Below, piece by piece: positions 10,357-20,948 of a DNA stretch of 64,000 nt. Positions within the stretch are counted from its first letter, which is position 1. Every line of letters starts with the position of its first letter. Origin of the DNA: Rummeliibacillus sp. (GTDB lineage Bacteria > Bacillota > Bacilli > Bacillales_A > Planococcaceae); contig DATMJF010000573.1 in NCBI GenBank assembly GCA_035554455.1, forward strand, positions 1,417-65,416, in the 5' to 3' direction. Below the pieces are notes generated by a model. It saw only the letters and a program-made list of their open reading frames with translations, did not search any database and was not told the DNA's origin. The position numbers were made by a program, and so were the translations under genes.

Positions 10357-11276
10357 TAGTGAATATCCTTCTTTTTAAATCGACCGCCTCTTACTTCAGC
10401 GATATTGCCGATTGCCAAGAATGCATTGGCATCTAATTCCCCGACTATCGTCGTTAATTTTGATTCTTCCAAACGTGTAATTACTGTAAAGATAACCTTT
10501 TTGGGATCACCTGTGTAGGCACCTTCACCTGTTAAGTATGTTACGCCACGTCCTAAACGATCGATAATAGCTCTTCCAATTTCATTGTATTCATCGCTAA
10601 TAATATAAACAGCTTTCGATTCATCTAAACCTTGAATGACGATATCGATCATTTTATAAGCTATGAAATAAGCTAAACCTGAATACATGGCTTGTTCCCA
10701 AGTAAAAACGAAGCCTGCAATAGTGAAAATAATAAGGTTAAAAAACATAATGATTTCGCCAACGGAAAACGGTAACATCTTATTAAATAGAATGGCTAAG
10801 ATTTCTGTGCCATCAAGTGAGCCACCATATCGAATGACAAGACCTACACCTATACCGAGAACAATTCCTCCGAATACTGTAGATAATAATAGGTCATTAG
10901 TAAAGGGTTCTAAATGGTGTAATACAAAAGTGAAAGCTGATAAGGTTGTAATTCCAAGAGCAGTTGATAAAGCAAAGGTTTTACCGATTTGCTTATAACC
11001 GAGGAAAATAAATGGAATGTTTAAGAGGAAAATAAATATCCCAAGAGGTAAATCTGTTAGATGAGAAATGACGATGGAGATACCAACGATCCCGCCATCT
11101 AAAACTCTGTTAGGAACTAAAAATAGCTCAAGGCCAATTGCCATAATACAGGACCCAAGCATGACCATTACGATTCTTTGAAATAATTTTTTTTTGGACA
11201 TCCTTTTGCGCGTATTATTTACTTCTTTTGCCGATGAGAGTATTGTTTCCATACTCGCCCTGTTCGAATCACTCAT
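10356..11276 (-). CDS. YitT-family membrane protein with C-terminal DUF2179 domain
   Basis: Polytopic N-terminal region (LDGGIVGISIV) plus soluble C-terminal domain (VTYLTGEGAYTG...VITRLE), typical of YitT/YxkD proteins. Start uncertain. Confidence 0.8.
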   Translation of the reverse strand: MSDSNRASMETILSSAKEVNNTRKRMSKKKLFQRIVMVMLGSCIMAIGLELFLVPNRVLDGGIVGISIVISHLTDLPLGIFIFLLNIPFIFLGYKQIGKTFALSTALGITTLSAFTFVLHHLEPFTNDLLLSTVFGGIVLGIGVGLVIRYGGSLDGTEILAILFNKMLPFSVGEIIMFFNLIIFTIAGFVFTWEQAMYSGLAYFIAYKMIDIVIQGLDESKAVYIISDEYNEIGRAIIDRLGRGVTYLTGEGAYTGDPKKVIFTVITRLEESKLTTIVGELDANAFLAIGNIAEVRGGRFKKKDIH

Positions 11277-11690
11277 AAAATCCCCCCAATATTCTTAAAG
11301 ACTTGTCATTATACTTATATTTTATCTGAAAATTCTAAAATAAAGAAGTAGAAACATGTAGTTACCTTAAAACTAAATACTTGTTTCAAAAAATAGTAAA
11401 AAGTCTAAAATAATTTGGATGAATATGAATTTAATAATATGTTTATTAGTTAAATATGAATCTTTTTTACCTCTACAATGGGAATTTCTGCGCGTTTACT
11501 TTATGTTAAACTTAGATATGCATTCTTTTTGCTGTCGATTAATAGCGAATTATTGCCCAGGAAATGCAAAACTTTAGAAATAGTGAAAGATGCGAATAAC
11601 ATGAAAGCATGGTAGAGTTAGTATATAGAAATTTACCATCTAACAGTAATGAACAACCTAAACTGATTGTAAGAAAGGGGAAAAAAGACT

Positions 11691-12401
11691 GTGGATAAAA
11701 CAATTTTAGTTGTAGATGACGAAAAACCGATTGCAGATATATTACAATTTAATTTAATAAAAGAGGGATATAAAGTAGTATGTGCTTATGATGGCGATGA
11801 AGCATTAGAAAAGGTAGAGGAAGTTAAACCAGATTTAATGCTTTTAGATATTATGTTGCCAAAACGTGATGGTGTGGAGGTCTGCCGTGAAGTACGCAAA
11901 AAATATGACTTACCGATTATTATGTTAACAGCAAAGGATTCAGAAATCGATAAAGTACTAGGCCTTGAACTTGGCGCTGATGACTATGTGACAAAACCAT
12001 TTAGTACACGTGAATTAATCGCCCGCGTTAAAGCAAATATGCGTAGACATCAAACAGTTACAACAACTGAAGAAGTAGTAGAAGAAAATAATGATATTGT
12101 CATTGGTTCTTTAGTGATTCAACCAGATGCATATCTAGTATTAAAACGTGATGAAGCAATTGAATTAACACATCGTGAATTTGAATTACTGCATTATTTA
12201 GCAAAACATATTGGTCAAGTAATGACACGTGAACATTTACTTCAAACGGTATGGGGATATGATTATTTCGGAGATGTACGAACAGTTGACGTAACTATTC
12301 GCCGTTTACGAGAAAAAATTGAAGATAACCCAAGTCATCCAACATGGATAGTAACTCGTCGAGGTGTTGGATATTATTTAAGAAATCCTGAACAGGAGTA
12401 A
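11691..12401 (+). CDS. walR: Essential cell-wall response regulator WalR (OmpR family)
   Basis: [14 protein letters not shown]... receiver domain plus winged-helix C-terminus. GTG start after GAAAGGGG. Followed by walK-yycH-yycI-walJ. Confidence 0.95.
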   Translation: MDKTILVVDDEKPIADILQFNLIKEGYKVVCAYDGDEALEKVEEVKPDLMLLDIMLPKRDGVEVCREVRKKYDLPIIMLTAKDSEIDKVLGLELGADDYVTKPFSTRELIARVKANMRRHQTVTTTEEVVEENNDIVIGSLVIQPDAYLVLKRDEAIELTHREFELLHYLAKHIGQVMTREHLLQTVWGYDYFGDVRTVDVTIRRLREKIEDNPSHPTWIVTRRGVGYYLRNPEQE

Positions 12402-12407
12402 AGAATA

Positions 12408-14234
12408 ATGCAAAAGGTTCGTTTTTTTAAATCAGTACAGGTCAAACTTGTACTGATTTATGTGCTGCTCATATTAATTGCGATGCAAATTATTGGGCTA
12501 TATTTTGCAAGGGAATTAGAACATACATTAAAAGATAACTTTAAGACATCCGTTACGGACCGTGTAAAGCTTGTGAAATTTAGTGTAAAAGAGGAAATAT
12601 TAAAAGAGCGCACAGATAAAGACCCAACGCTTGAACAAAGCTTGAAGAGCGTATTAAATGGATTATCTTCAGATGATATTAAAGAAATAAGAGTAATAGA
12701 CCCACGTTACCGTATTTTAGCATCATCCGATGTGAGTAATCAGTCAATTATCGGCCAACGAGAAGTGGATCGAATTGTAAGCCAATCAATAAGTGCACAA
12801 ACCCAATATGAGAAAATTGCACTTGACGATAAGACAAGAAAAAGAATATGGGTAGTCGCTACTCCTATTGTGGATAATAATGGTAAGGTAATAGGGGTTG
12901 TTTATGTAAAATCTAATATTGAACGTATATTTGAACAGATGAACGAGATCAACCAGATATTAGCCGGTGGTACAGCGTTAGCATTAGCTATTACAATTAT
13001 TCTAGGAATCTTCATCTCAAGAACAATTACAAAACCAATCTCAGATATGCGTAGACAAGCACAGGCTATGGCTAAAGGTAATTTCTCTCGGAAAGTTAAA
13101 GTTTACGGTAATGATGAAATTGGACAATTAGCAATTGCTTTCAACCATTTAACGAATAGGCTGCAGGAAGCAACGTCTACTACGGAAGGTGAACGGAGAA
13201 AGCTAGCCTCTGTATTAACAAATATGACAGATGGCGTAATTGCAACAGACCGTAAAGGGAAGATTATTTTGATTAATACGCCGGCTCAAAAACTTTTAAA
13301 TGGCGAACAGAATGAGTTAATGGGAAGACCATTAGTATCTGTTTTAGGTTTAGAAGATGAGCATACTTTTGAGGATTTAATTCATATGAAGGATTCTATT
13401 AATCTAGATTTCAGTTCTCCGGAGCGACCTTATATTTGGCGTGCAAACTTTTCAGTTATTCAAAAGGAAACAGGTTTTGTTAATGGGTTAATTACGGTAT
13501 TGCATGATATTACGGAACAAGAAAAGATTGAAATGGAACGACGCGAATTTGTATCGAATGTGTCACATGAATTACGCACACCACTTACGACGATGCGTAG
13601 TTATTTAGAGGCATTAGCAGATGGTGCATGGCAAAACAAAGAGCTTGCACCCCAATTTTTAAATGTTACGCAGACTGAAACAGAACGTTTGATTCGTCTT
13701 GTAAGTGACTTATTACAACTTTCACGTATGGATAGCAGAGAGTACGAAATTAATGCGGATATAGTGGATTTCAACAAATTCTTTAATCGTATTATTGACC
13801 GTTTTGAAATGTCGAAATCAAAAAATGTCGAATTCAAACGTTTACTCCCAACAGGACCATGCTATGTTGAAATTGACACAGATAAGATTACACAAGTAAT
13901 TGATAATATTATCTCTAACGCTTTAAAATACTCACCGGATGGCGGTAACATTCGTTTCGGCATGACCGCAAATGATGGGATACTAACTGTGATGATTTCT
14001 GATGATGGTATGGGTATACCAAAGGAAAATGTAGAACGCATTTTTGATCGTTTCTATCGTGTAGATAGAGCAAGAGCACGTTCAATGGGCGGTACAGGTC
14101 TAGGGTTAGCTATTTCTCGGGAAATGATTTTAGCACATAACGGTAAAATTTGGGCAGAAAGTGAAGAGGGAGTCGGTACAACAATCTTCTTTACATTACC
14201 ATATGAAGATGATGAGGCAGGTGAGTGGGATTGA
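12408..14234 (+). CDS. walK: Sensor histidine kinase WalK (TM, extracellular domain, HAMP, PAS, HisKA, HATPase)
   Basis: H-box FVSNVSHELRTPLT, N/G boxes (DNIISNALKYSP, DDGMGIP, GGTGLGLAI). Synteny with walR. Confidence 0.95.
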   Translation: MQKVRFFKSVQVKLVLIYVLLILIAMQIIGLYFARELEHTLKDNFKTSVTDRVKLVKFSVKEEILKERTDKDPTLEQSLKSVLNGLSSDDIKEIRVIDPRYRILASSDVSNQSIIGQREVDRIVSQSISAQTQYEKIALDDKTRKRIWVVATPIVDNNGKVIGVVYVKSNIERIFEQMNEINQILAGGTALALAITIILGIFISRTITKPISDMRRQAQAMAKGNFSRKVKVYGNDEIGQLAIAFNHLTNRLQEATSTTEGERRKLASVLTNMTDGVIATDRKGKIILINTPAQKLLNGEQNELMGRPLVSVLGLEDEHTFEDLIHMKDSINLDFSSPERPYIWRANFSVIQKETGFVNGLITVLHDITEQEKIEMERREFVSNVSHELRTPLTTMRSYLEALADGAWQNKELAPQFLNVTQTETERLIRLVSDLLQLSRMDSREYEINADIVDFNKFFNRIIDRFEMSKSKNVEFKRLLPTGPCYVEIDTDKITQVIDNIISNALKYSPDGGNIRFGMTANDGILTVMISDDGMGIPKENVERIFDRFYRVDRARARSMGGTGLGLAISREMILAHNGKIWAESEEGVGTTIFFTLPYEDDEAGEWD

Positions 14235-15565
14235 AATATATCGAACAGATAAAATCAGTCATACTCTTTGTCTTGGTGTTATTAAGTATTACATTAACAT
14301 TTTCCATTTGGACCTATAAACCAAATTATAAAACGATAGAAAAAACAAGACCTGTTGATGTCTCTGTAGAGAAAAAACGACAGCTTGTAGAGATTTTTAA
14401 GCCCTATCGAATGGTTTTTCATGAAGGTGGTATATGGCGTGGTACTGATCGCTATGGAGAAATGGAAAGTATTTTGCAACAGATGCAAAATTGGCAAGTA
14501 ACCAATCTCGAACTAGTTAGAAAAAATGCCAATAGTACAACGATGAATGGATTAGTAGAGGGGGACAATCGCTTTACATTATTTTTCCCTGATGAAATAC
14601 CATATCAAATATTCCAGAGTCTATTACCATTAAACGATGCCAAAGTAGTTAATATGTCGTTTGATCAAATGATTGTTAGTTGGGGTCAATTTCCAAAAAC
14701 TGAAGAGCTAACAGTGTTTTTTGCAAATACAAAGAAAAAACAATTATATAAAGCGAAAATACATGTTAATAGTGTAGGGATTTTTACAAAACAAGTTATA
14801 GAACAATCTCATAACTTAGAAAGATACACTGCATTTACGCGTGATATAGGAAGTTCATTTTATTTACCAGCAGAAGAATCTAAAATGATGCAATATACGT
14901 ATTTAATTTCTACTTCATCTATAGATCGATTTAAGAATGCGTTATTTTCCAAACCGAAAATTGTAAAAAACAGCGTAGATGATGCAAATGCCGAAGAAAA
15001 CTATACAGATGGTATATCTATGATGACGGTGAATAACAATAAAAAGGTATTGGATTTTGTTAATACAACAGCTTCAGATAATCTTGATTCATTAGAAGTA
15101 TCAAAGTTGATATTAAATACATTTGACTTTATCAATCAACATGGCGGATGGACTGGCGATTTCCGTTATGATACGTTAGATTACCATAATAAAAAGGTTA
15201 TTTATCAGCTTTATGAGGAAGATTATCCAGTATATGCAGCTTCACTTGTGACATCTACTCAAATTGAAACTGTATGGGGTGACAATCAGATTGCACGTTA
15301 TATACGACCTTATTACAAATTAGTAACGGTTCCTGAAAACGATGCATTGACGATCATGAACGGTCAAGAAGTTATAGATCACTTAAGGAAAACTAAAAAT
15401 GTAGATTTCAAAGAGATTAAAGAAATTCGACCTGGTTATTACTTAAAGAAAAATGATGGTCTGAATGTATTCATCCTTAAACCAACATGGTTCTATTTGA
15501 TAAACGGTGAATGGACACCCTTATCACCTGCTACAGTAGGAGGTGAACAAGTTGGATTGGAATAA
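14225..15565 (+). CDS. yycH: WalK regulator YycH (WalH)
   Basis: N-terminal TM anchor, 446 aa, overlaps the walK stop. Conserved third gene of the wal operon. Confidence 0.8.
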   Translation: MGLKYIEQIKSVILFVLVLLSITLTFSIWTYKPNYKTIEKTRPVDVSVEKKRQLVEIFKPYRMVFHEGGIWRGTDRYGEMESILQQMQNWQVTNLELVRKNANSTTMNGLVEGDNRFTLFFPDEIPYQIFQSLLPLNDAKVVNMSFDQMIVSWGQFPKTEELTVFFANTKKKQLYKAKIHVNSVGIFTKQVIEQSHNLERYTAFTRDIGSSFYLPAEESKMMQYTYLISTSSIDRFKNALFSKPKIVKNSVDDANAEENYTDGISMMTVNNNKKVLDFVNTTASDNLDSLEVSKLILNTFDFINQHGGWTGDFRYDTLDYHNKKVIYQLYEEDYPVYAASLVTSTQIETVWGDNQIARYIRPYYKLVTVPENDALTIMNGQEVIDHLRKTKNVDFKEIKEIRPGYYLKKNDGLNVFILKPTWFYLINGEWTPLSPATVGGEQVGLE

Positions 15566-16382
15566 AACGAAAACTATTTTCATCATTGTATTCTCGATAT
15601 TAAATGTTTTCCTTTATTCGATGTATGTAAAAAATTACAACGAAGATAAGAAAATCGAACTTAATGGTGAGACCGATAATATTTCAACTCGTCTAAAGGA
15701 GGAAAATATTACATTCAAAGAACAAGCTGCAGAAAGTGAAAATGTATCTTATATTTCAGGTAAGATTAAGCAGTTTTCACAGGATGAATTATCTCATTTA
15801 CAAAATCAACATATTCAGATTCATAACGGAACAGACCTAGAAGCGAAGATCATCAGCCCAACTCCCTTGACGGAAATTACAGATGAGAGTTTGACAGACT
15901 TTGTAGAACACAATGTATATAAAGGTGGTTCCTACAAGCTATGGAAAATAAACAAAGAAGAAAAAGAAGCAATTTTCTTCCAAAGTTATGAAAACCGTAT
16001 GATCTACTACAATCAAAATGCGGAGATTAAAATTCATTGGAATGATGATTTAGAAATTACTCGCTATGAACAAAAAATGTTCGATTCACTAAAAAGCTTT
16101 GGAGAAAAATATACACTCGTTCCAACGCAAGCAGTTAAGATAATTTTGGATAAAGGTTATCTACCTGCCAATTCAACTGTCACAAAAACACAGCTCGGTT
16201 ATTCTACGCTGGTACTATTAACAGAGACACAAGTATTATCACCTACATGGTATATCCACGTTGTTCTTCCTAAAGATAAAAAAGGAGAAAAGAGGGAAGT
16301 GGATTACTTCGTCAATGCAGTAGATGGTACAATTGTTGATATCGAACAAAATGCAAAAGAAACAGAATTAAAAAAGCAGTAA
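15552..16382 (+). CDS. yycI: WalK regulator YycI (WalI)
   Basis: A TTG 15552 start gives (M)DWNKTKTIFIIVF as in B. subtilis YycI and lies 5 nt after AGGAGGTGA. Track start 15543 lies inside the SD. Confidence 0.8.
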   Translation: MDWNKTKTIFIIVFSILNVFLYSMYVKNYNEDKKIELNGETDNISTRLKEENITFKEQAAESENVSYISGKIKQFSQDELSHLQNQHIQIHNGTDLEAKIISPTPLTEITDESLTDFVEHNVYKGGSYKLWKINKEEKEAIFFQSYENRMIYYNQNAEIKIHWNDDLEITRYEQKMFDSLKSFGEKYTLVPTQAVKIILDKGYLPANSTVTKTQLGYSTLVLLTETQVLSPTWYIHVVLPKDKKGEKREVDYFVNAVDGTIVDIEQNAKETELKKQ

Positions 16383-16394
16383 GGAGTCTTTACG

Positions 16395-17183
16395 ATGCAG
16401 TTCAGTGTATTAGCCAGTGGTAGTACGGGCAACTCCATATATGTAGAGAGTGGAGAACATTCTTTTATCGTTGATGCAGGGCTGACAGGTAAAAAAATGG
16501 AACAACTATTTGAAAAGGTTGACCGTGATATAAAAAAATTAAGTGGTATTTTAGTTACACACGAGCATTCCGATCATATTAAAGGTGTGGGTGTGCTTGC
16601 TAGAAAATATAACATCCCTGTTTTTGCAAATGAAAAGACATGGCAAGCTATGGATGGATTAGTGGGCAATATTCCTGTGGAACAACGATTTCAATTTGAT
16701 ATGGAAACAATTAAAACCTTTGGCTCCTTAGATATCGAATCATTTGCGGTTTCTCATGATGCTGCAGACCCGATGTTCTATAGTTTCCATGAAAATGGTC
16801 AAAAGCTTGTTGTTATTACAGATACGGGCTACGTAAGTGACCGTATGAAAGGGATCATTAAAGGTGCAGACTCATTTGTCTTTGAAAGCAATCATGATGT
16901 TGGTATGCTACAAATGGGGCGCTATCCTTGGTCTATAAAACGACGTATTTTAAGTGATCTTGGCCATGTAAGTAACGAAGATGCAGCTGTTGCAATGAGT
17001 GAAGTGGTCGAACAAAAACCAACTCGTATATATCTTTCCCATTTGAGCAAAGATAATAATATGAAGGATTTAGCAAGAATGAGCGTTTCACAAACTTTAC
17101 AGTCATGTGGTATTATGCCCGGTGAATTTGTTAACTTGTACGATACAGATGCAAATGAGCCAACGGAACTAGTCACAGTATAA
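16395..17183 (+). CDS. walJ: MBL-fold metallo-hydrolase WalJ/YycJ
   Basis: HEHSDH metallo-beta-lactamase motif. Fifth gene of the wal operon. Confidence 0.9.
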   Translation: MQFSVLASGSTGNSIYVESGEHSFIVDAGLTGKKMEQLFEKVDRDIKKLSGILVTHEHSDHIKGVGVLARKYNIPVFANEKTWQAMDGLVGNIPVEQRFQFDMETIKTFGSLDIESFAVSHDAADPMFYSFHENGQKLVVITDTGYVSDRMKGIIKGADSFVFESNHDVGMLQMGRYPWSIKRRILSDLGHVSNEDAAVAMSEVVEQKPTRIYLSHLSKDNNMKDLARMSVSQTLQSCGIMPGEFVNLYDTDANEPTELVTV

Positions 17184-17360
17184 AATAAATTCTCCCCCAA
17201 TTTAGGGGGTTTTTTTATGCGTAAATTGGGGAAATTAAGATATGTTCACTACTCTTTTTTGTAATTTTGAACTGATTTTTAATTTATTTTCATCTAATTT
17301 TAATCTTTACAGGTTAAAGTATTAGTAACAAATCAGAAGATCTCAGAAAGGAAGAAAATA

Positions 17361-18605
17361 ATGGGGTATTACGATAATGATGAAACAAAAAGTCGCAGAA
17401 AAAGTGGCAGCAAATCGGGTTATTTCTTTAGTGGAGTTGTTGGCGTAATCGTCGGTGCGTTACTTGTTTGGCTTTTGCTACCGTCTATGATAGGTTATTT
17501 GCCAAGTAGTTCAAATGTGAATACGGCAATAAACAAAACCGCAACGCCACAACTATCAACATCAATTAATACTGATGTAACAGATGCAGTGGAAAAAACA
17601 AAGGATGCAGTTGTAGGAATTACAAACATTCAAGAAACTCCAAATGATTTATGGAGTACGTTCCCATTCCAAGATGGTGGCAGTAGTAATTCTTCTAATG
17701 AAAAAACTGGTAAACAAGAAGTTGGCAGTGGCTCAGGTGTCATCTATAAAAAAGTGGGAGACAAGGCATACATTGTGACAAACAATCACGTTGTAGAAGG
17801 AGCTAAACAACTTGAAGTAACATTCTCAGATGGTTCCAAAGAACAGGCAAAACTTGTTGGGACAGATATCTGGACAGACTTAGCTGTCATTTCAATTTCA
17901 AGCAAAAAGGTTAAAACCGTTGCAACATTTGGTGACTCAGATAAACTAAAACAAGGTGAATCAGTCATTGCAATTGGTAACCCACTAGGTATGGATTTCT
18001 ATGGATCCGTAACAACTGGCGTTATCTCAGGAACAGACCGTACAGTTCCAGTGGATTTAAATGAGGATGGCACTGAAGATTGGCAATCAGAAGTTTTACA
18101 AACAGATGCAGCAATTAACCCAGGTAACAGTGGTGGTGCTCTTATAAACCTAGCAGGACAAGTAATCGGCATTAACTCAATGAAAATTTCTGAATCAACA
18201 GTAGAAGGACTAGGATTCGCTATTCCAATCAATACAGCAATTCCAGTAATTGATGAATTACAACGAACTGGTAAAGTCGAAAGACCTTCAATGGGAGTTG
18301 CGCTCATTGACTTAACAGATGTTCCAGTTTATCACCAAAGAAATACACTTAAATTACCAAGTGAAGTAACATCCGGTGTTGTTGTAAGCGAAGTTATAAA
18401 AAATTCATCTGCTTCAAAAGCAGGTTTAGAAAAATATGATGTCATCGTTGAAATGGATGGCGAAAAAATTGATAATTCAATTGACCTACGCAAAATCCTT
18501 TACAACAAAAAGCATGTAGGCGATCAAGTGAAAATCAAAGCTTATCGTGGTGGGGAAATAATTCAAAAAACAATCACATTAGGAGATAGTGCAAAAAATC
18601 ATTAA
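17361..18605 (+). CDS. htrC: HtrA/DegP-family serine protease (TM anchor, trypsin-like domain, PDZ)
   Basis: Catalytic motifs TNNHV, D, GNSGGAL plus a C-terminal PDZ. Its position after walJ matches B. subtilis yyxA/htrC. Confidence 0.85.
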   Translation: MGYYDNDETKSRRKSGSKSGYFFSGVVGVIVGALLVWLLLPSMIGYLPSSSNVNTAINKTATPQLSTSINTDVTDAVEKTKDAVVGITNIQETPNDLWSTFPFQDGGSSNSSNEKTGKQEVGSGSGVIYKKVGDKAYIVTNNHVVEGAKQLEVTFSDGSKEQAKLVGTDIWTDLAVISISSKKVKTVATFGDSDKLKQGESVIAIGNPLGMDFYGSVTTGVISGTDRTVPVDLNEDGTEDWQSEVLQTDAAINPGNSGGALINLAGQVIGINSMKISESTVEGLGFAIPINTAIPVIDELQRTGKVERPSMGVALIDLTDVPVYHQRNTLKLPSEVTSGVVVSEVIKNSSASKAGLEKYDVIVEMDGEKIDNSIDLRKILYNKKHVGDQVKIKAYRGGEIIQKTITLGDSAKNH

Positions 18606-18649
18606 ATCATTAATGTGGATAAATAAAATTAAAACATAAACTATACACA

Positions 18650-18695
18650 AAGCGAGCAAGGAAAGAGAACGCCGGTCTTTCCTGCTCGCTTTTCA
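18650..18695 (+). terminator. htrA-like gene terminator
   Basis: AGCGAGCAAGGAAAGA / TCTTTCCTGCTCGCT stem plus TTTT. Confidence 0.8.
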
Positions 18696-18778
18696 TTTGT
18701 TACAATGGGTTGTGGATAACAATTGAAAAATTGTGCATAAGTCTGTGGAAATCAAAGAGATCGAAAGGAAGAAATATT

Positions 18779-18943
18779 TTGAAAACATATAGCTGTGAAA
18801 CACATATAGGACACGCTTTAGACATGTTTGTTGCAACTGAAAAAGAAGTCCCTATTATGGAAAAAATAAGTGAAGAAGAAAAGTTATCCACAAAATGTAG
18901 TTATTGCGACGAGCAAGCGACATATATTGTGGCGAACAAATGA
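18779..18943 (+). CDS. Small CxxH/CxxC-motif protein
   Basis: TTG 18779 after GAAAGGAAG. Product (M)KTYSCETHIGHALDMFV...KCSYCDEQATYIV carries CxxH and CxxC motifs. Family recalled from Bacillus annotations. The longer track ORF from 18710 has no SD. Confidence 0.55.
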   Translation: MKTYSCETHIGHALDMFVATEKEVPIMEKISEEEKLSTKCSYCDEQATYIVANK

Positions 18944-19033
18944 ACGTATACAATATATTGGATTGGCCTGTGGATATGTGCATAACTCCTGTGGATAAAA
19001 TGTTTGTAAACTGAATGTAAAGGTGGATAACCT

Positions 19034-19513
19034 GTGGGTATTACGATTGTAAGTGTTGGGAAATTAAAAGAAAAGTACTTAAAAATGGGCATCGAAGAAT
19101 ATGCCAAACGCCTTAGCGGCTACACAAAAATTGACCTCATCGAAGTTCCAGACGAAAAAGCACCCGAGCAACTAAGTGAAGCAGAGATGGAAATCGTCAA
19201 AAAGAAAGAAGGAGAACGTATTCTTGCCAAGATTGCACCAGACAGTTACGTAATTGCTCTAGCCATCAACGGCAAAATGCGCAGCTCCGAAGAACTATCA
19301 AAAGACATCGAAAATCTCATGACATATGGCCACAGCAAAATTGCCTTCGTCATTGGTGGTTCACTAGGATTGCATGATGATGTACTAAATCGTGCGGACG
19401 ATAAACTATCATTTGGTAAAATGACTCTACCACATCAATTAATGAAGCTTGTTTTGGTAGAGCAGATTTATCGTAGCTTTCGGATTATGAAGGGTGAACC
19501 CTACCACAAATAA
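19034..19513 (+). CDS. rlmH: 23S rRNA (pseudouridine1915-N3)-methyltransferase RlmH
   Basis: 159 aa SPOUT protein (GKLKEKYLK..., [23 protein letters not shown]...EQIYR). GTG start after AAAGGTGGA. Confidence 0.95.
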   Translation: MGITIVSVGKLKEKYLKMGIEEYAKRLSGYTKIDLIEVPDEKAPEQLSEAEMEIVKKKEGERILAKIAPDSYVIALAINGKMRSSEELSKDIENLMTYGHSKIAFVIGGSLGLHDDVLNRADDKLSFGKMTLPHQLMKLVLVEQIYRSFRIMKGEPYHK

Positions 19514-19749
19514 ATGAGGTTTTATTTGATGGGAGTGTAAAAGGCGTTTTTTGTAATAATCTATAAAATTAATTTATGTAATATGATAAAAAGACTAGAT
19601 TAAACGATTTTCTTAAATGGAAATCGTTTATTTCTGCTTTCGTATGTAAATCTTTGTCCCAATGTTTACTGTAAAACTTAATACATAATATTGTCTGATT
19701 AATATGATAGTATGTGAATAGGATGATATCAACGTAAAAGAGGGATAAT

Positions 19750-20379
19750 ATGACGATAGTGCCTAAGCTGGCTTCGAAGCAACGTCGTGATGAAGAACCA
19801 AATATTGAACTAGCACAGGAATTAGTTAACGATCATAATCTTGAAGGTATAAAAGAAGTTATACAAAACTTATCTAATATGGATAAAGGAATTCAACAAG
19901 ATTGTATTAAAGTAGCATATGAAATTGGGGAAGTTAAACCAGAGCTTATAAGTGAATACGCTTTAACCTTTATAAATTTACTAAAAAGTAGAAATAACCG
20001 TTTAGTTTGGGGTGCAATGACAGCATTATCTACCATTGCGACAATTTCATCTACGATTATGATGGAGCATCTTGAAACGATTTTTTCAACTATGAAAACT
20101 GGCTCCGTTATAACTGTTGATAAAGGGGTATTAACTTTAGCAAAGTTAGCATCCGCAAGCAATGAAAACAATGAACGAATTTTTCCATTCCTGCTTCATC
20201 ATTTAGAAACTTGCAGACCGAAAGAACTCCCTCAACACGCTGAGAGTACTCTTATAGCTGCTAATAATGATAATAAAGAGGTATTTTTAACGGTGTTAAA
20301 ACGAAGAGAAAATGAACTTACAGCACCTCAATTAAAAAGAATTAAAAAAATTGATAAAGTACTAGGGCTGAATGAATAA
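19750..20379 (+). CDS. Hypothetical helical-repeat protein
   Basis: 209-aa ORF predicted all-alpha by eye. No family recognised. Confidence 0.45.
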   Translation: MTIVPKLASKQRRDEEPNIELAQELVNDHNLEGIKEVIQNLSNMDKGIQQDCIKVAYEIGEVKPELISEYALTFINLLKSRNNRLVWGAMTALSTIATISSTIMMEHLETIFSTMKTGSVITVDKGVLTLAKLASASNENNERIFPFLLHHLETCRPKELPQHAESTLIAANNDNKEVFLTVLKRRENELTAPQLKRIKKIDKVLGLNE

Positions 20380-20396
20380 AATGTGGAGGAACTATG

Positions 20397-20652
20397 ATGA
20401 AAGAATATAAAAAAATGCCAAAGCTGTTCTATGCCAATTAAGAAGTCAGAAGACCGAGGTACTGAAATAAATCATGAAAGAAGCTCAATGTATTGTAAGC
20501 ATTGTTATCAGGAAGGAGAGTTTACTCAAAAAAATATATCTGTAGAAGAGATGAAGGAGTTTGTAAAAGGAAAGTGTATTGAAATGGGTTTACCCAAATT
20601 TTTAGCAGGCATGTTCGTTAGAAATTTAGATAAGCTGGAAAGATGGAAATAG
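20397..20652 (+). pseudogene. Putative zinc-ribbon protein (Zn_ribbon_2-like) interrupted by a frame change in an A7 run
   Basis: SD GGAGG plus ATGATG open a frame that stops after 15 codons. The first CxxC (CQSCSMPIKK) and the rest of the protein (YCKHCYQEGEFTQ...LERWK) are in the +1 frame, joined at A7 20409-20415. Confidence 0.65.
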
Positions 20653-20891
20653 AAATACATATTGAGTTATTGTACTAGTTAAGAAAAAGACTTTCTGAAA
20701 CAGTCATAAAAAAACCTCAAATTGATTTATAACGGAGAACCGTATCATATGTAGTTTTCTAGCATTTCTTGAGCGAGGCATTGTTTTAAATACTAATAGC
20801 AAATAGTTGTTGTTGGTAGTCTGATTTGTGGAAAACCAATGGATTTATTGCGTAGCTGCTTGAAATTCTACAGTATAGTTTAAAAGAGTTA

Positions 20892-20947
20892 TAAAGAAAA
20901 AGCTACGGCTTATGAGAGAATATCTTGCTCAAAGCCGTAGCTATTTT
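20892..20947 (-). terminator. Terminator of the SatP-like gene
   Basis: AGCTACGGCT / AGCCGTAGCT 10-bp stem with a T-rich tail on the minus strand. Confidence 0.7.
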
Positions 20948-20948
20948 A

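Larger units (their letters stand above)
18614..19030. promoter_or_regulatory. DnaA-box cluster
   Basis: Perfect boxes at 18614-18622, 18711-18719, 18990-18998 (TGTGGATAA) and 18884-18892 (TTATCCACA). One-mismatch boxes at 18732-18740, 18969-18977, 18977-18985 and 19022-19030. Confidence 0.8.

Noticed and set aside
13808-13833. AATGTCGAA repeated twice (16-bp period), resembling the putative regulator half-site
   Set aside because: It lies inside the walK coding sequence (EMSKSKNVEF). I take it as evidence that such AT-rich 8-mers recur by chance, which lowers confidence in the cross-locus motif link.
18710-18778. Upstream extension of the CxxH/CxxC ORF (track start ATG 18710)
   Set aside because: No SD precedes 18710, which lies inside a DnaA box. 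TTG 18779 has a proper GAAAGGAAG SD and gives the expected short protein.
20409-20415. Programmed -1 ribosomal frameshift at the A AAA AAA heptamer in the zinc-ribbon gene
   Set aside because: The downstream frame is +1 relative to the initiating frame, not -1, and no stimulatory structure follows. An indel, a sequencing error or polymerase slippage are simpler explanations.
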